Virus record (IMG/VR): IMGVR_UViG_3300020042_005733
Span: 1 to 42,122 of that record
Origin: a virus
Lineage: Duplodnaviria; Caudoviricetes
Length of the DNA: 42,122 nt
Strand: one strand, 5' to 3'
Position 1 is the stretch's first letter, and the number at the start of each line of letters is the position of its first letter. Below the pieces are notes generated by a model, which searched no databases, was not told the origin of the DNA, and saw only the letters and a list, made by a program, of their open reading frames with translations. Of this stretch, positions 8,501 through 17,405 are shown piece by piece. The translations under genes were made by a program, and so were the position numbers.

Positions 8501-8950
8501 ATGCCAAAAAATACACCCCAAGTTAAACCCGTTAAAAAAGCAGCTGGAGGGGGCTTGTATGCCAACATCGCTGCAAAGAAAAAACGCATTGCCGCAGGCT
8601 CTGGCGAAAGTATGCGCAGTGTTGGCGCTAAGGGCGCTCCTAAAAAGAGCGACTTTGCCAATGCAGCTAAAACTGCTTCATTTAAAGCAGGCGGGTTGGC
8701 ACAACAAGCAGCTACCGCTATTGCCATGAAGGAAAAGGGCGTTAAACCCAAGAAGATGGCAGAAGGTGGTGAGACTAAATCTACGGTCAACGCCGCAGGG
8801 AACTACACCAAGCCTGAGCTGCGCAAGCGTATCTTTAACGCCGTGAAGGCAGAGGCTACAGCTGGCACTGGGGCAGGGCAATGGAGCGCGAGAAAAGCCC
8901 AGATGGTAGCGCAGCGCTACAAAAAAGCTGGCGGCGGGTATCGTGATTAA
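8501..8950 (+). CDS. Basic Lys/Ala-rich phage protein (DUF5872-like C-terminal part)
   Basis: GLYANIAAKKKRI... and NYTKPELRKRIF...GQWSARKAQM...YKKAGGGY motifs. Confidence 0.75.
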   Translation: MPKNTPQVKPVKKAAGGGLYANIAAKKKRIAAGSGESMRSVGAKGAPKKSDFANAAKTASFKAGGLAQQAATAIAMKEKGVKPKKMAEGGETKSTVNAAGNYTKPELRKRIFNAVKAEATAGTGAGQWSARKAQMVAQRYKKAGGGYRD

Positions 8951-9179
8951 AAAGCCGCAGAAATCTCTCAAAGATTGGGGCGACCAGAAGTGGCGCACTA
9001 AGTCAGGGAAGCCTTCGTCTAAAACGGGAGAGAGGTACTTACCTGAGGCAGCAATTAAGGCCTTGACCCCTGCTGAGTACGCTGCAACGACCAAAGCCAA
9101 GCGGGCAGGAAAAGCCGCCGGAAAACAGTTTGTAAAGCAGCCTAAGACAGTGGCAAAGAAAACAGCGGGATTTAGATAA
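8943..9179 (+). CDS. Small basic phage protein (DUF5872-like)
   Basis: QKSLKDWGDQKWRTKSGKPS..TGERYLP motif; GTG start overlapping the previous gene. Confidence 0.75.
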   Translation: MIKKPQKSLKDWGDQKWRTKSGKPSSKTGERYLPEAAIKALTPAEYAATTKAKRAGKAAGKQFVKQPKTVAKKTAGFR

Positions 9180-9182
9180 ATC

Positions 9183-11033
9183 ATGCCACTTTTACGACTT
9201 GCCCTTAAGCCAGGAATTGACAAGCAAAATACGGAGTATGGTGCTGAAGGGGGCTGGGTTGACGGAGACAACATTCGTTTTCGTTATGGGCTGCCAGAGA
9301 AAATGGGCGGCTGGAAGGCTTTTGAAGACACCTCCATATATTTTGTAGGAATGGCCACCGCCTTAATTACATGGAACGACTTAGATGGGGCACCGTACAT
9401 TGCCATGGGCACTAGCCGTAAGGTTTATGTTTTTTATGGCGGAACATGGGCGGACATCACACCTATTCGTGACACCGGAACAGCAACTTTTACCACCACC
9501 AGTGGCTCAACAACAGTAACGGTTAATGACGCATCGCATGGTGCAATCACAGGAGACTTTGTTACCTTTAACACGGTAACAGGAAATCCTGGCGGGATTT
9601 CTAATGCAAGTTTGACTAACCAGTTTGAAATCCAAACGGCACCTAATGCAAACACATACACGATTGTGTCTCCTACGGCTGCAACCTCGACCGTAGGGGC
9701 AGCAGGAACAGCTAATGCAGTCTATCAAATCAATGTGGGAACAGCCACAGGCACTGTGGATTTTGGTTGGGGAACAGGCACTTGGGGGTTAAGTACATGG
9801 GGCACGCCTCGCCCAGCGACAGGGGGTCTTTCTTTGGCCGGTCGAGTTTGGCAATTTGATACCTACGGCGAAAATTTAATTTTGCAACTTGTAAATGGGT
9901 CTGTCTACGAATGGCTGCCAAGTCTAGGCATTGGAACACGGGCCACGGTCATCGCAGGTGCACCTACTAAGAGCGCATTTGCACTTGTGTCTACACCCGA
10001 CAGGCACTTGGTGTGTTTTGGTACGGAGACCACGCTAAGTAGCCCCACTACCCAGGACCCCATGTTTGTAAGATTTTCTGCACAAGAAAGCATTGGGGAC
10101 TTTGTTGCTACGGCCACCAACACGGCCGGCGGACAACGGCTCACGGACGGCAGCGAAATTATTTCAGCAGTGCGTTCACGCGGTCAAATATTGATTTGGA
10201 CCGATACGGCCTTGCACGGCCAGCAATATATAGGGCCTCCCTACACTTTTGGCTTCCAACAGCTAGGAAGTAACTGCGGCATCATTAGTCCTCACGCTGC
10301 GGCAGATGTAAATGGCGTTGCTTTTTGGATGAGCAAAGACGCGTTTTTCATGTTTGACGGAACCGTTAAAAAACTTGCCTGTACCGTTCAAGACTATGTA
10401 TTTGAGGACTTAAATTCAGTGCAGTCTTTCCCTGTCAACATAGGAATTAACACTCAATTTAATGAAGTGACATGGTTTTATGCAACTTTAAGCAGTGATT
10501 ACGTTAATCGCTTTGTGACTTTTAATTACCTTGAAAACGTCTGGTCCGTTGGCTCCATGCCCCGCACCGCATGGCGAGATGCGGGAACTTTTAAAAAACC
10601 TCTTGCCACGGAATACGATCCCGATTCGACAGAGGCAACCATTTCCACCATCTATGGTTTAACAGCGGGTCGTTCCGTGTTGTACAACCAAGAAGACGGG
10701 GTAGATGCAAATGGGGTTGCTATTGAAGCGTTTATTTATTCGGGATATTTTGACATTGGAGACGGGGACCAAGTTCTTTTTATGAAGCGCTTTATCCCAG
10801 ATTTTAAGAACCAGGTGGGAGACTTGACTGTACGACTGTTGTTGCGTCTTTATCCTCAGACCTCTGCAACGGCCAGTTCTTTGGACCCATACACAATTAC
10901 GCCAACTACGGACAAAATAGACACTCGCGCGCGGGGAAGACAAATTCAGCTACGCATTGAGAGTGGTGAGATAGGGGACCGTTGGCGCTTTGGCACGATG
11001 CGTGTTGACATTCAACCGGATGGATACAGATGA
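9183..11033 (+). CDS. Tail / virion stabilisation protein (P22 gp10-like, tail tubular B analogue)
   Basis: 616 aa, beta-propeller-like; KPGIDKQNT..GAEGGW, VRFSAQE, RARGRQ...R.DIQPDG; sits before the internal virion genes. Confidence 0.7.
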   Translation: MPLLRLALKPGIDKQNTEYGAEGGWVDGDNIRFRYGLPEKMGGWKAFEDTSIYFVGMATALITWNDLDGAPYIAMGTSRKVYVFYGGTWADITPIRDTGTATFTTTSGSTTVTVNDASHGAITGDFVTFNTVTGNPGGISNASLTNQFEIQTAPNANTYTIVSPTAATSTVGAAGTANAVYQINVGTATGTVDFGWGTGTWGLSTWGTPRPATGGLSLAGRVWQFDTYGENLILQLVNGSVYEWLPSLGIGTRATVIAGAPTKSAFALVSTPDRHLVCFGTETTLSSPTTQDPMFVRFSAQESIGDFVATATNTAGGQRLTDGSEIISAVRSRGQILIWTDTALHGQQYIGPPYTFGFQQLGSNCGIISPHAAADVNGVAFWMSKDAFFMFDGTVKKLACTVQDYVFEDLNSVQSFPVNIGINTQFNEVTWFYATLSSDYVNRFVTFNYLENVWSVGSMPRTAWRDAGTFKKPLATEYDPDSTEATISTIYGLTAGRSVLYNQEDGVDANGVAIEAFIYSGYFDIGDGDQVLFMKRFIPDFKNQVGDLTVRLLLRLYPQTSATASSLDPYTITPTTDKIDTRARGRQIQLRIESGEIGDRWRFGTMRVDIQPDGYR

Positions 11034-11203
11034 GTAAGATCACCAACGTGCGCCTGCCTAATGCAACGCCGGCCTATGAGGCATCGCAGTTTAATCAACT
11101 GGTACGCTCGCTTGAGCAGATTATTTTACAGCTCAACAGCACTTACACCCCTGTTGTAACCGAAGACAAGGACCAGGCGCAAACCTGGTTTCTTGGAAAA
11201 TAA
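11030..11203 (+). CDS. Small hypothetical virion protein, 57 aa (not in ORF track)
   Basis: MSKITNVRLPNATPAYEASQFNQLVRSLEQIILQLN...; ATGA and TAATG overlaps. Confidence 0.75.
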   Translation: MSKITNVRLPNATPAYEASQFNQLVRSLEQIILQLNSTYTPVVTEDKDQAQTWFLGK

Positions 11204-11541
11204 TGTCAAACGCATACAAACGCTTTCAAAAAACGCCGTCCGCAACCATACCGTTAATTGTGTTAACGGTTCCTGCTGCCACAACCGCGATTGTCAAGTC
11301 TATTTGGATAGCAAACATTGGTTTAAATAGCACTAACATAACGGTTACCTTTGCTCCTGACGGGGCCGGAACGCACTACATCGTGCCACTAGAATCGGTA
11401 GCCCCCAACAAATATGTAGACCTCTTGGCCGGTTGGAACGCGGGCCCTTTGGTGCTTGAGGAATTCGATGAGTTGTTTGTCACTTCTTCGCAAGATTATG
11501 TTTATGTGACTGTGAGCGCGCTTTTGGTGGACAGAAGCTAG
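11203..11541 (+). CDS. Hypothetical virion protein
   Basis: 112 aa, beta-rich, TVPAATTAIVKSI...PLVLEE; coupled to the previous ORF. Confidence 0.7.
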   Translation: MSNAYKRFQKTPSATIPLIVLTVPAATTAIVKSIWIANIGLNSTNITVTFAPDGAGTHYIVPLESVAPNKYVDLLAGWNAGPLVLEEFDELFVTSSQDYVYVTVSALLVDRS

Positions 11542-11557
11542 GACTTTAAGGGATAAT
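11528..11557 (+). promoter_or_regulatory. Possible sigma70-like promoter upstream of the internal virion operon
   Basis: TGGACA-N18-GATAAT at the only sizeable intergenic gap nearby. Confidence 0.35.
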
Positions 11558-11571
11558 TGGCTTAAATTCGC

Positions 11572-11623
11572 GTCCTTTCCCGGCGCGCGGCCCATGAGGC
11601 CTTTGGCAAAAATTGGAAAGGAC
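11572..11623 (+). promoter_or_regulatory. RBS-sequestering leader hairpin
   Basis: GTCCTTTCC (11572-80) is the perfect complement of GGAAAGGAC (11615-23), which contains the SD; inner GGCC-N5-GGCC stem. Confidence 0.65.
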
Positions 11624-11627
11624 TATC

Positions 11628-13682
11628 ATGGCAAATGAAGGAATCATGGCCATGCCTCAGGGCATGGGCATGCAGGGCGACCAAGCCCAACAACAGCGAC
11701 CAACCGTTACGAGCGCAGACTCGTATGATGCTGCGCAAACTGCGCTTGGCATAGTCAACCCTGGCGGAGACGTTGCGCTAAAAGAAGCCATTCGCCAAAA
11801 CATCGGCGACCTTCAACTCACGTCTACACAGCTTGACGTGCTCATCCAGATTTTTGAATACGTCAGCCAAAACCCTGGTGACTACAAAAACCTACTCCAA
11901 CAAATAATTGAAGCCGGTGCCCTTGATAAAGGGGACATGCCAGAAGAATACGACCCTGAGTTTATTGGCTCAATGCTCGCGGTGCTGCAAGAGATGCGGC
12001 AGATGCAGGGCGCTGGCGCTCAAGAGCCCATGGACATGTCTCCTATGGTCCAAGGACTACAGCCCGTGGGCATGGCCTCCGGTGGCTTGGCCGACGTGGG
12101 CCAGTACCTTGCTTCCAAAGGTCGCGGTGGTGACAGTATTCTTGCTCACATTACTCCGGAAGAAGCTGCGCTGCTCAAGAGTCGCGGCGGCTCTGGCACG
12201 ATTAACCCAAACACAGGTTTGCCAGAATTTAAAGGCGGCTTTCTTGGTAAGGTTTTTGACGGTATTGGGGAAGCGCTCCAGGGTGTTGTAAACGTCGTCA
12301 AAGACGTGCTCAAAAGCCCCGTCGGACGTGTTTTGGGCACGATTGCGTTAGCCACGGTCCTCGGGCCAACGGCCATTGGCATGTCCCTTGGATCAGCAGG
12401 AACGGCGGCGGTGGCTTCTGGTGCTGTCACTCTTGTGGGTGGCGGATCAGTCAAAGACGCTTTGATTTCTGGCGCGATGGGCTACTTTGGCGGTGGCGGC
12501 ACGATCATGGGCGTAAACCCTGTTAGCTCTCTTGGCCAATACCTCCCAGGCGTGGCAGGCAGTGCATTGAACACGGGCCTGGCAACAGGATTGGTTGGTG
12601 CGGGTATTGGCAAGTTGGGCGGCATGAGCACAGAAGACGCTTTGAAAATGGGCCTGACGTCTGGCGTAACGGCAGCAGGCGTCCAAGGTCTCAAGAACAA
12701 CACCACCATGTTGAATGACCCGGCTTCAGTTGAGCCCAATAAGCAGCCGGTCACGCTTGACTCTAATAACAAGCCTGCTTTGGCGGACGTAGGAGCTATC
12801 AAGCCTGTTGGCACGGCACAAGACTTGTTGGCATCTAGGGCCCCTGGGGGCAGTATGCCTGCGGACTACCAAGCAGACTTTTACAAAGAGATTGGCATTG
12901 ACCCTAGAACGATGTCGTCGACCAGTGTTGGAGAGTCCCCCACTAATATTCAGATTGAGCGTAGTGCCTTGGGCATGACTGGGCCAATCGACACTGCACG
13001 TCAGCTTGTCCAAGAGCCAATAAATACGGCCAAAGACTTGTACGGGAAGTACCTGTCCCCTAGCCGTCCTGGCTTGCCTGCAGACGCAGGTATTTTCACC
13101 AAATATGGTCCCTTGGCACTGGCAGGCACAGCCGTCATGGCCGCCACTGGTGGCATGGAAGGCGACCCTGCTAACCCGAACCCTGCGTTTAACCGCAACT
13201 ACACGGGCTCTGACTACATGAGGGATAACCCTGACAAGTTCACTGGGGGTCTTAGCACCTACACCAAGCCTACGACACTTGAGAATCCAATTGTCCCCAC
13301 TCCGTCGTATGCCTCAATACCTGTTAGCCAACCTAGCAGCGTCCTTCCTATGGGCGTGACCCGAAGCCCTACCGGTGTGGCACAGCCTTATAACGTAGCA
13401 GGCCTGTATGGCGTGCCCCTTATCTACGGCCCCGACGGCCAACTTCGTCGCATGGCCAAGGGCGGTGACGCCAAGATGACCAGTTTCCCACGTCGCCAAG
13501 GCCCGATTAACGGACCCGGCACAGGGACTTCGGATGACATCCCCGCAATGCTGTCAGATGGTGAATTTGTGTTTACGGCCAAGGCCGTGCGCAACGCCGG
13601 AGGCGGCAGTCGTCGCAAAGGCGCGGCTCGCATGTACAAAATGATGAAGATGCTCGAAGGCGGAGCCGTTAAGGGGAAATAA
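11628..13682 (+). CDS. Internal virion / DNA ejection-like protein
   Basis: GRGGDSILAHI...GTINPNTGLPEF and GPGTGTSDDIPAMLSDGEFV motifs; Gly/Ala hydrophobic stretches; ATG 11628 follows GGAAAGGA. Confidence 0.7.
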   Translation: MANEGIMAMPQGMGMQGDQAQQQRPTVTSADSYDAAQTALGIVNPGGDVALKEAIRQNIGDLQLTSTQLDVLIQIFEYVSQNPGDYKNLLQQIIEAGALDKGDMPEEYDPEFIGSMLAVLQEMRQMQGAGAQEPMDMSPMVQGLQPVGMASGGLADVGQYLASKGRGGDSILAHITPEEAALLKSRGGSGTINPNTGLPEFKGGFLGKVFDGIGEALQGVVNVVKDVLKSPVGRVLGTIALATVLGPTAIGMSLGSAGTAAVASGAVTLVGGGSVKDALISGAMGYFGGGGTIMGVNPVSSLGQYLPGVAGSALNTGLATGLVGAGIGKLGGMSTEDALKMGLTSGVTAAGVQGLKNNTTMLNDPASVEPNKQPVTLDSNNKPALADVGAIKPVGTAQDLLASRAPGGSMPADYQADFYKEIGIDPRTMSSTSVGESPTNIQIERSALGMTGPIDTARQLVQEPINTAKDLYGKYLSPSRPGLPADAGIFTKYGPLALAGTAVMAATGGMEGDPANPNPAFNRNYTGSDYMRDNPDKFTGGLSTYTKPTTLENPIVPTPSYASIPVSQPSSVLPMGVTRSPTGVAQPYNVAGLYGVPLIYGPDGQLRRMAKGGDAKMTSFPRRQGPINGPGTGTSDDIPAMLSDGEFVFTAKAVRNAGGGSRRKGAARMYKMMKMLEGGAVKGK

Positions 13683-15338
13683 ATGGCAGAAGAAACAGTC
13701 ACCCAACAGATAGTCCGGGAAGCCCCGGAGATTGAAGCGTACAAACTCAAGCTACTGCAAGAAGCCCAAAAACTGGCCTTCAATCAGGGCGGGGGCCAGA
13801 CGCTTGCTCAACAGTTGCCCAACTACCAAGTAGCAGGGTTCAACCAGTCCCAGTTAGATGCCATGCAGGCCGCTTCGGATCAAGGCATTGGGGCCTTCAC
13901 GCCTTACATGACCGCTGCCAATCAAGCACTGGGCGGGGCGTACAGCACCACTGGTGAGGCCGCTGACATCTTGCGCGGGGCTGACACTCGCAACCAGTTT
14001 ACGGATGCCCAAAGAGCCATGGGTCAGGCAGGTGGAGCCGCAGCCAACATCACTTCTGGTATTGGCCAAATCAACCAGGGCCTGGGTTACTTGGACGTGG
14101 CCGCGCAGCGCGCAGCTGCATCCGACACCACTGGGCAGTTTGGCGCGGCGCGTCAAGACTTAGGCACGGGCCTCGGAGCGCTGGCCACGGGCCAGAACAT
14201 GGCTGCCATGTCGAGCGCCGCCAACTTGCAGCCGGCCACTTCCACCATTGGCAGAGGCTTGGAGCAAGGGCAACAAACACTGGGTCTGGGTATTGGTGCA
14301 ATTGCAGGCGCAGCGCAGGGCTATGACCCGCGCTCTAGCCAAAACTTTATGGACCCCTATCGTCAGCAGGTCATTGACGAGACCATGCGTCAGATGGATC
14401 GCCAGGGTGCGATTGCCGGTCAAGGCTTGGCAGCGCAGGCGGTGAAGTCCGGGGCATTTGGCGGAGAGCGTGAGGGCGTTCAGCGCGCGGAGATGCAGCG
14501 CAACTTGATGGACCAAAAGGCTTCCACTATTGCCAACCTCTTGTCCCAAGGCTACAGCCAAGCACAGGCGCAGGCCATGCAGGCGTTTGAGCAACAGCAG
14601 GGGCGTCAGATGCAGGCCGGTCAAGGCATTGGCCAGTTGGGCGCGCAACAAGCGCAGCTGGGCGTACAGGCCGGAGGTCAGCTGGGCAATCTGGGCGTGC
14701 AACAAGCACAACTTGGCCAAGGCGCAGCGGGTCAATACTTGCAGGCGGCGCAGCAGTACGGCAACTTGGCGTCTCAAGGCGGCGCGTTAGCTGGCCAAGA
14801 GGCTTCAATCAACCAAAACATTGCTAACTTGATGCTGCAACAAAGCCAGGCGCGTAACCAAGCCGCTCAAACAGCGGCGGGCATTTACGGCTCGCAAGCG
14901 CAGCAGTTTCAAGGCCAGGGCCAAGGCATCGGCCAGTTGGCCGCGCAGCAGTTTGGCGTTGGCCAACAGCAGGCTCAGGGCCTCGGCCAGCTTGCAGGTC
15001 AGCTGGGTCAGCTTGGCGTGCAACAAGGTGCATTGGGCCAAACAGCTCAGGCTTTGCAGCAGGGCGACATCAATTTCTTGTACAACACCGGCCAAGCGCA
15101 ACAAGCGTTCAACCAGCAGACGCTGGATGCGCAGCGCGCTTCCGAGTTGCAAAAAATCTATGCACCCTATCAACAGGCTGGTTTCTTGTCCGACATCTAC
15201 AAGGGCGCACCGTCCACGCAGATGTCTACCGCCGTGGCAAGCCAGCCATCGGCAAGCCCGTTCCAGCAGGCGGTTGGTATCGGCCTGGGCGGATTGTCAA
15301 CTGCCGCTGCCGTGAAAAAAGCCGGTCTTTTTGGTTAA
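13683..15338 (+). CDS. Gln/Gly/Ala-rich internal virion (DNA ejection/pilot-like) protein
   Basis: FMDPYRQQVID, GAFGG.R and QG.GQL repeats; C-terminal SPFQQAVGIGLGGL. Confidence 0.7.
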   Translation: MAEETVTQQIVREAPEIEAYKLKLLQEAQKLAFNQGGGQTLAQQLPNYQVAGFNQSQLDAMQAASDQGIGAFTPYMTAANQALGGAYSTTGEAADILRGADTRNQFTDAQRAMGQAGGAAANITSGIGQINQGLGYLDVAAQRAAASDTTGQFGAARQDLGTGLGALATGQNMAAMSSAANLQPATSTIGRGLEQGQQTLGLGIGAIAGAAQGYDPRSSQNFMDPYRQQVIDETMRQMDRQGAIAGQGLAAQAVKSGAFGGEREGVQRAEMQRNLMDQKASTIANLLSQGYSQAQAQAMQAFEQQQGRQMQAGQGIGQLGAQQAQLGVQAGGQLGNLGVQQAQLGQGAAGQYLQAAQQYGNLASQGGALAGQEASINQNIANLMLQQSQARNQAAQTAAGIYGSQAQQFQGQGQGIGQLAAQQFGVGQQQAQGLGQLAGQLGQLGVQQGALGQTAQALQQGDINFLYNTGQAQQAFNQQTLDAQRASELQKIYAPYQQAGFLSDIYKGAPSTQMSTAVASQPSASPFQQAVGIGLGGLSTAAAVKKAGLFG

Positions 15339-15347
15339 GAGGTCAAT

Positions 15348-17396
15348 ATGAACAAAAAAATGATGCGCGAAGACGACGACGTCGAAAACATGGGAATCAT
15401 GCAGGGGTTCATGGACTCCATGGCAGATGAGGGCGATGACGAAGGTGAGGGTGAAGACAGCCCTGAAATGATGATGGAGCGTCGCCCTAACTCTCCTGAA
15501 ATCCTGATGAACAACTTGCGGGGCGACATGCGCTCTCTTGACGCTCGTCGTGATGAGTTGGCGGACCTCGTAGGCTACCAAGCCGCTACTGAGACACCTG
15601 AAACCGTGCTTGCAATGCTGCAACCTATCCTTGCACAGCAAGGTGGCGGTATTGGCGCGCTTCCCCAATCACAAGACATGGCCCAAGGGCCACAGCCCCC
15701 GATGATGGGTGGTGCTCCTGGTATGCCGCCTCCCGGTATGCCCCCAATGCCTCCTGACGCTGGCATGGCCCCTCCTCCTGACCAAGGTGGTATTGCCGCT
15801 TTGATGGCAAGCATGGGCGCTGGTGCACCAGGCGGTGCTCCCCTTGGCCCACCGGGCGCTCCGCCCGCAATGCCTCCAGGCGACATGCCTCCCGTGGCCA
15901 TGGCACGCGGTGGGTACGTCCAAAATTTTCAAGTAGGGTCTAGCCCGGCGGGTGTGACCCCTTCTACAGATGACGCCAGCGCTTCCGAAAAGGATTTGCT
16001 GATGTACCCGCCTGAACTGGTTGCAGCTGCCAAAGCGCAGATGAACACTTTAATGGCTTCAAAGGCCCAGGCCGTGCCAACACTTGCAGAAGGCATGAAG
16101 ACGCGTCTGCCTGAGTATCAAGCACTGCTTGGCGCTGACAAGGGCCGTGGCAACGCAGAAGCACAGCTTTTGTTTGAGTTGGGCCAGCGTGCGTTTAATT
16201 TTGCTTCCAACACTGACGACCAAGGCCGCCCATTGCGCGGTAATTTCTTCGGCCGTTTGGCTGGCGCTGCCAAGTCCCTGCCCGGGGCTATTGGCAAGCA
16301 CATGGAGTCCATGAACAACATCGACTTAAAACTCAAGACGCTGGCATTGCAAGCGTCTGAGAAGGACCAGGATCAGGTTGTGGCACAGAACACCAAACTG
16401 CTGGACACCAAGGCCCGCGTCTTTGGCGACATCTTAAAAGAGAGCGCCAGGGTTGAAGCCGCAAAACTAAAAGGCATTCCTAGCAGCATTTTTGGAAAAG
16501 GCGACTGGCATTTTAACGTGGTCAATATGCCTGGCCTCATGGAAAGTTACGCTGCGGGTACAACATCCCCCGAGCAGGACAAACTTGTCTCGTCCGCGAT
16601 TACCGTGTTCAAGACGCCCCGCTTTGAGACCCGCTTTGATCCCGTAACACGTGAGCCGTTTACAGTGCAAATGCCTGTCATGCTGCCAGACTTTGTGTCA
16701 CAGGCAGAAGCTGCCCGTGTGAAATTAGGGAAACCTGTTGCGGCCACTCCTGCATTGGTGCCTGCCAATAGCTCTGTACGCGTGCAAAACGCGCCAGCTG
16801 CTGCCCCTGCAGCAAGCGTGGCCAGTGACACGGTGCCCACGGCCCAAGCGGCAGTTACCCCTGCGCCAGCTGCTGCCCCTGCAAAAGCCTCGTTGTGGAG
16901 TGACCGTTTTAAGATTGCAGGCCCTGTGGCTTCCGCCATCGGATTTATTTCAAGTGTTCCCGGCTTGGGTGACCCGGCTGCAGAAATCACCTTGGCACGT
17001 CAAAGGGCCGAGTTGGAGGCAGAGCGTTTGATTGAAACCATGCTCAAGAGCACTCAAGGTAGCGTCACTGAGCAGAAGCGCTTGGAGAAGGTGCTCAACA
17101 TCCGTCCTTCCGCCTTTACGGACCCGGATGTTTACGGCACACGCTTGATTGCCCTTGGTATGGCCCTTCAAGCAGGCATTAAAGAGTTTGATGCGCAGGG
17201 CAATAATGATTCTGCTTTGGCACCTGAGGCTAAAGCAAAGGCACGTCAGAAGGCCATGGAGTATCGTAAGTTTTATTCTGAGTTAGGGCTTCCACCGGCC
17301 GTGTTTTCTGAGGAAGAATTAAAGAAGTATCCTCCCGGCACAGAAGTGTTGTGGCAAGGCGTCACACCTGCTCAAATAGGCCCTCGTCGTCAATAA
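15348..17396 (+). CDS. Putative internal virion protein
   Basis: 682 aa; acidic N-terminus, Pro/Met/Gly linker, helical body; RBS GAGG; operon position. Confidence 0.6.
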   Translation: MNKKMMREDDDVENMGIMQGFMDSMADEGDDEGEGEDSPEMMMERRPNSPEILMNNLRGDMRSLDARRDELADLVGYQAATETPETVLAMLQPILAQQGGGIGALPQSQDMAQGPQPPMMGGAPGMPPPGMPPMPPDAGMAPPPDQGGIAALMASMGAGAPGGAPLGPPGAPPAMPPGDMPPVAMARGGYVQNFQVGSSPAGVTPSTDDASASEKDLLMYPPELVAAAKAQMNTLMASKAQAVPTLAEGMKTRLPEYQALLGADKGRGNAEAQLLFELGQRAFNFASNTDDQGRPLRGNFFGRLAGAAKSLPGAIGKHMESMNNIDLKLKTLALQASEKDQDQVVAQNTKLLDTKARVFGDILKESARVEAAKLKGIPSSIFGKGDWHFNVVNMPGLMESYAAGTTSPEQDKLVSSAITVFKTPRFETRFDPVTREPFTVQMPVMLPDFVSQAEAARVKLGKPVAATPALVPANSSVRVQNAPAAAPAASVASDTVPTAQAAVTPAPAAAPAKASLWSDRFKIAGPVASAIGFISSVPGLGDPAAEITLARQRAELEAERLIETMLKSTQGSVTEQKRLEKVLNIRPSAFTDPDVYGTRLIALGMALQAGIKEFDAQGNNDSALAPEAKAKARQKAMEYRKFYSELGLPPAVFSEEELKKYPPGTEVLWQGVTPAQIGPRRQ

Positions 17397-17405
17397 GGCA
17401 AAAAC

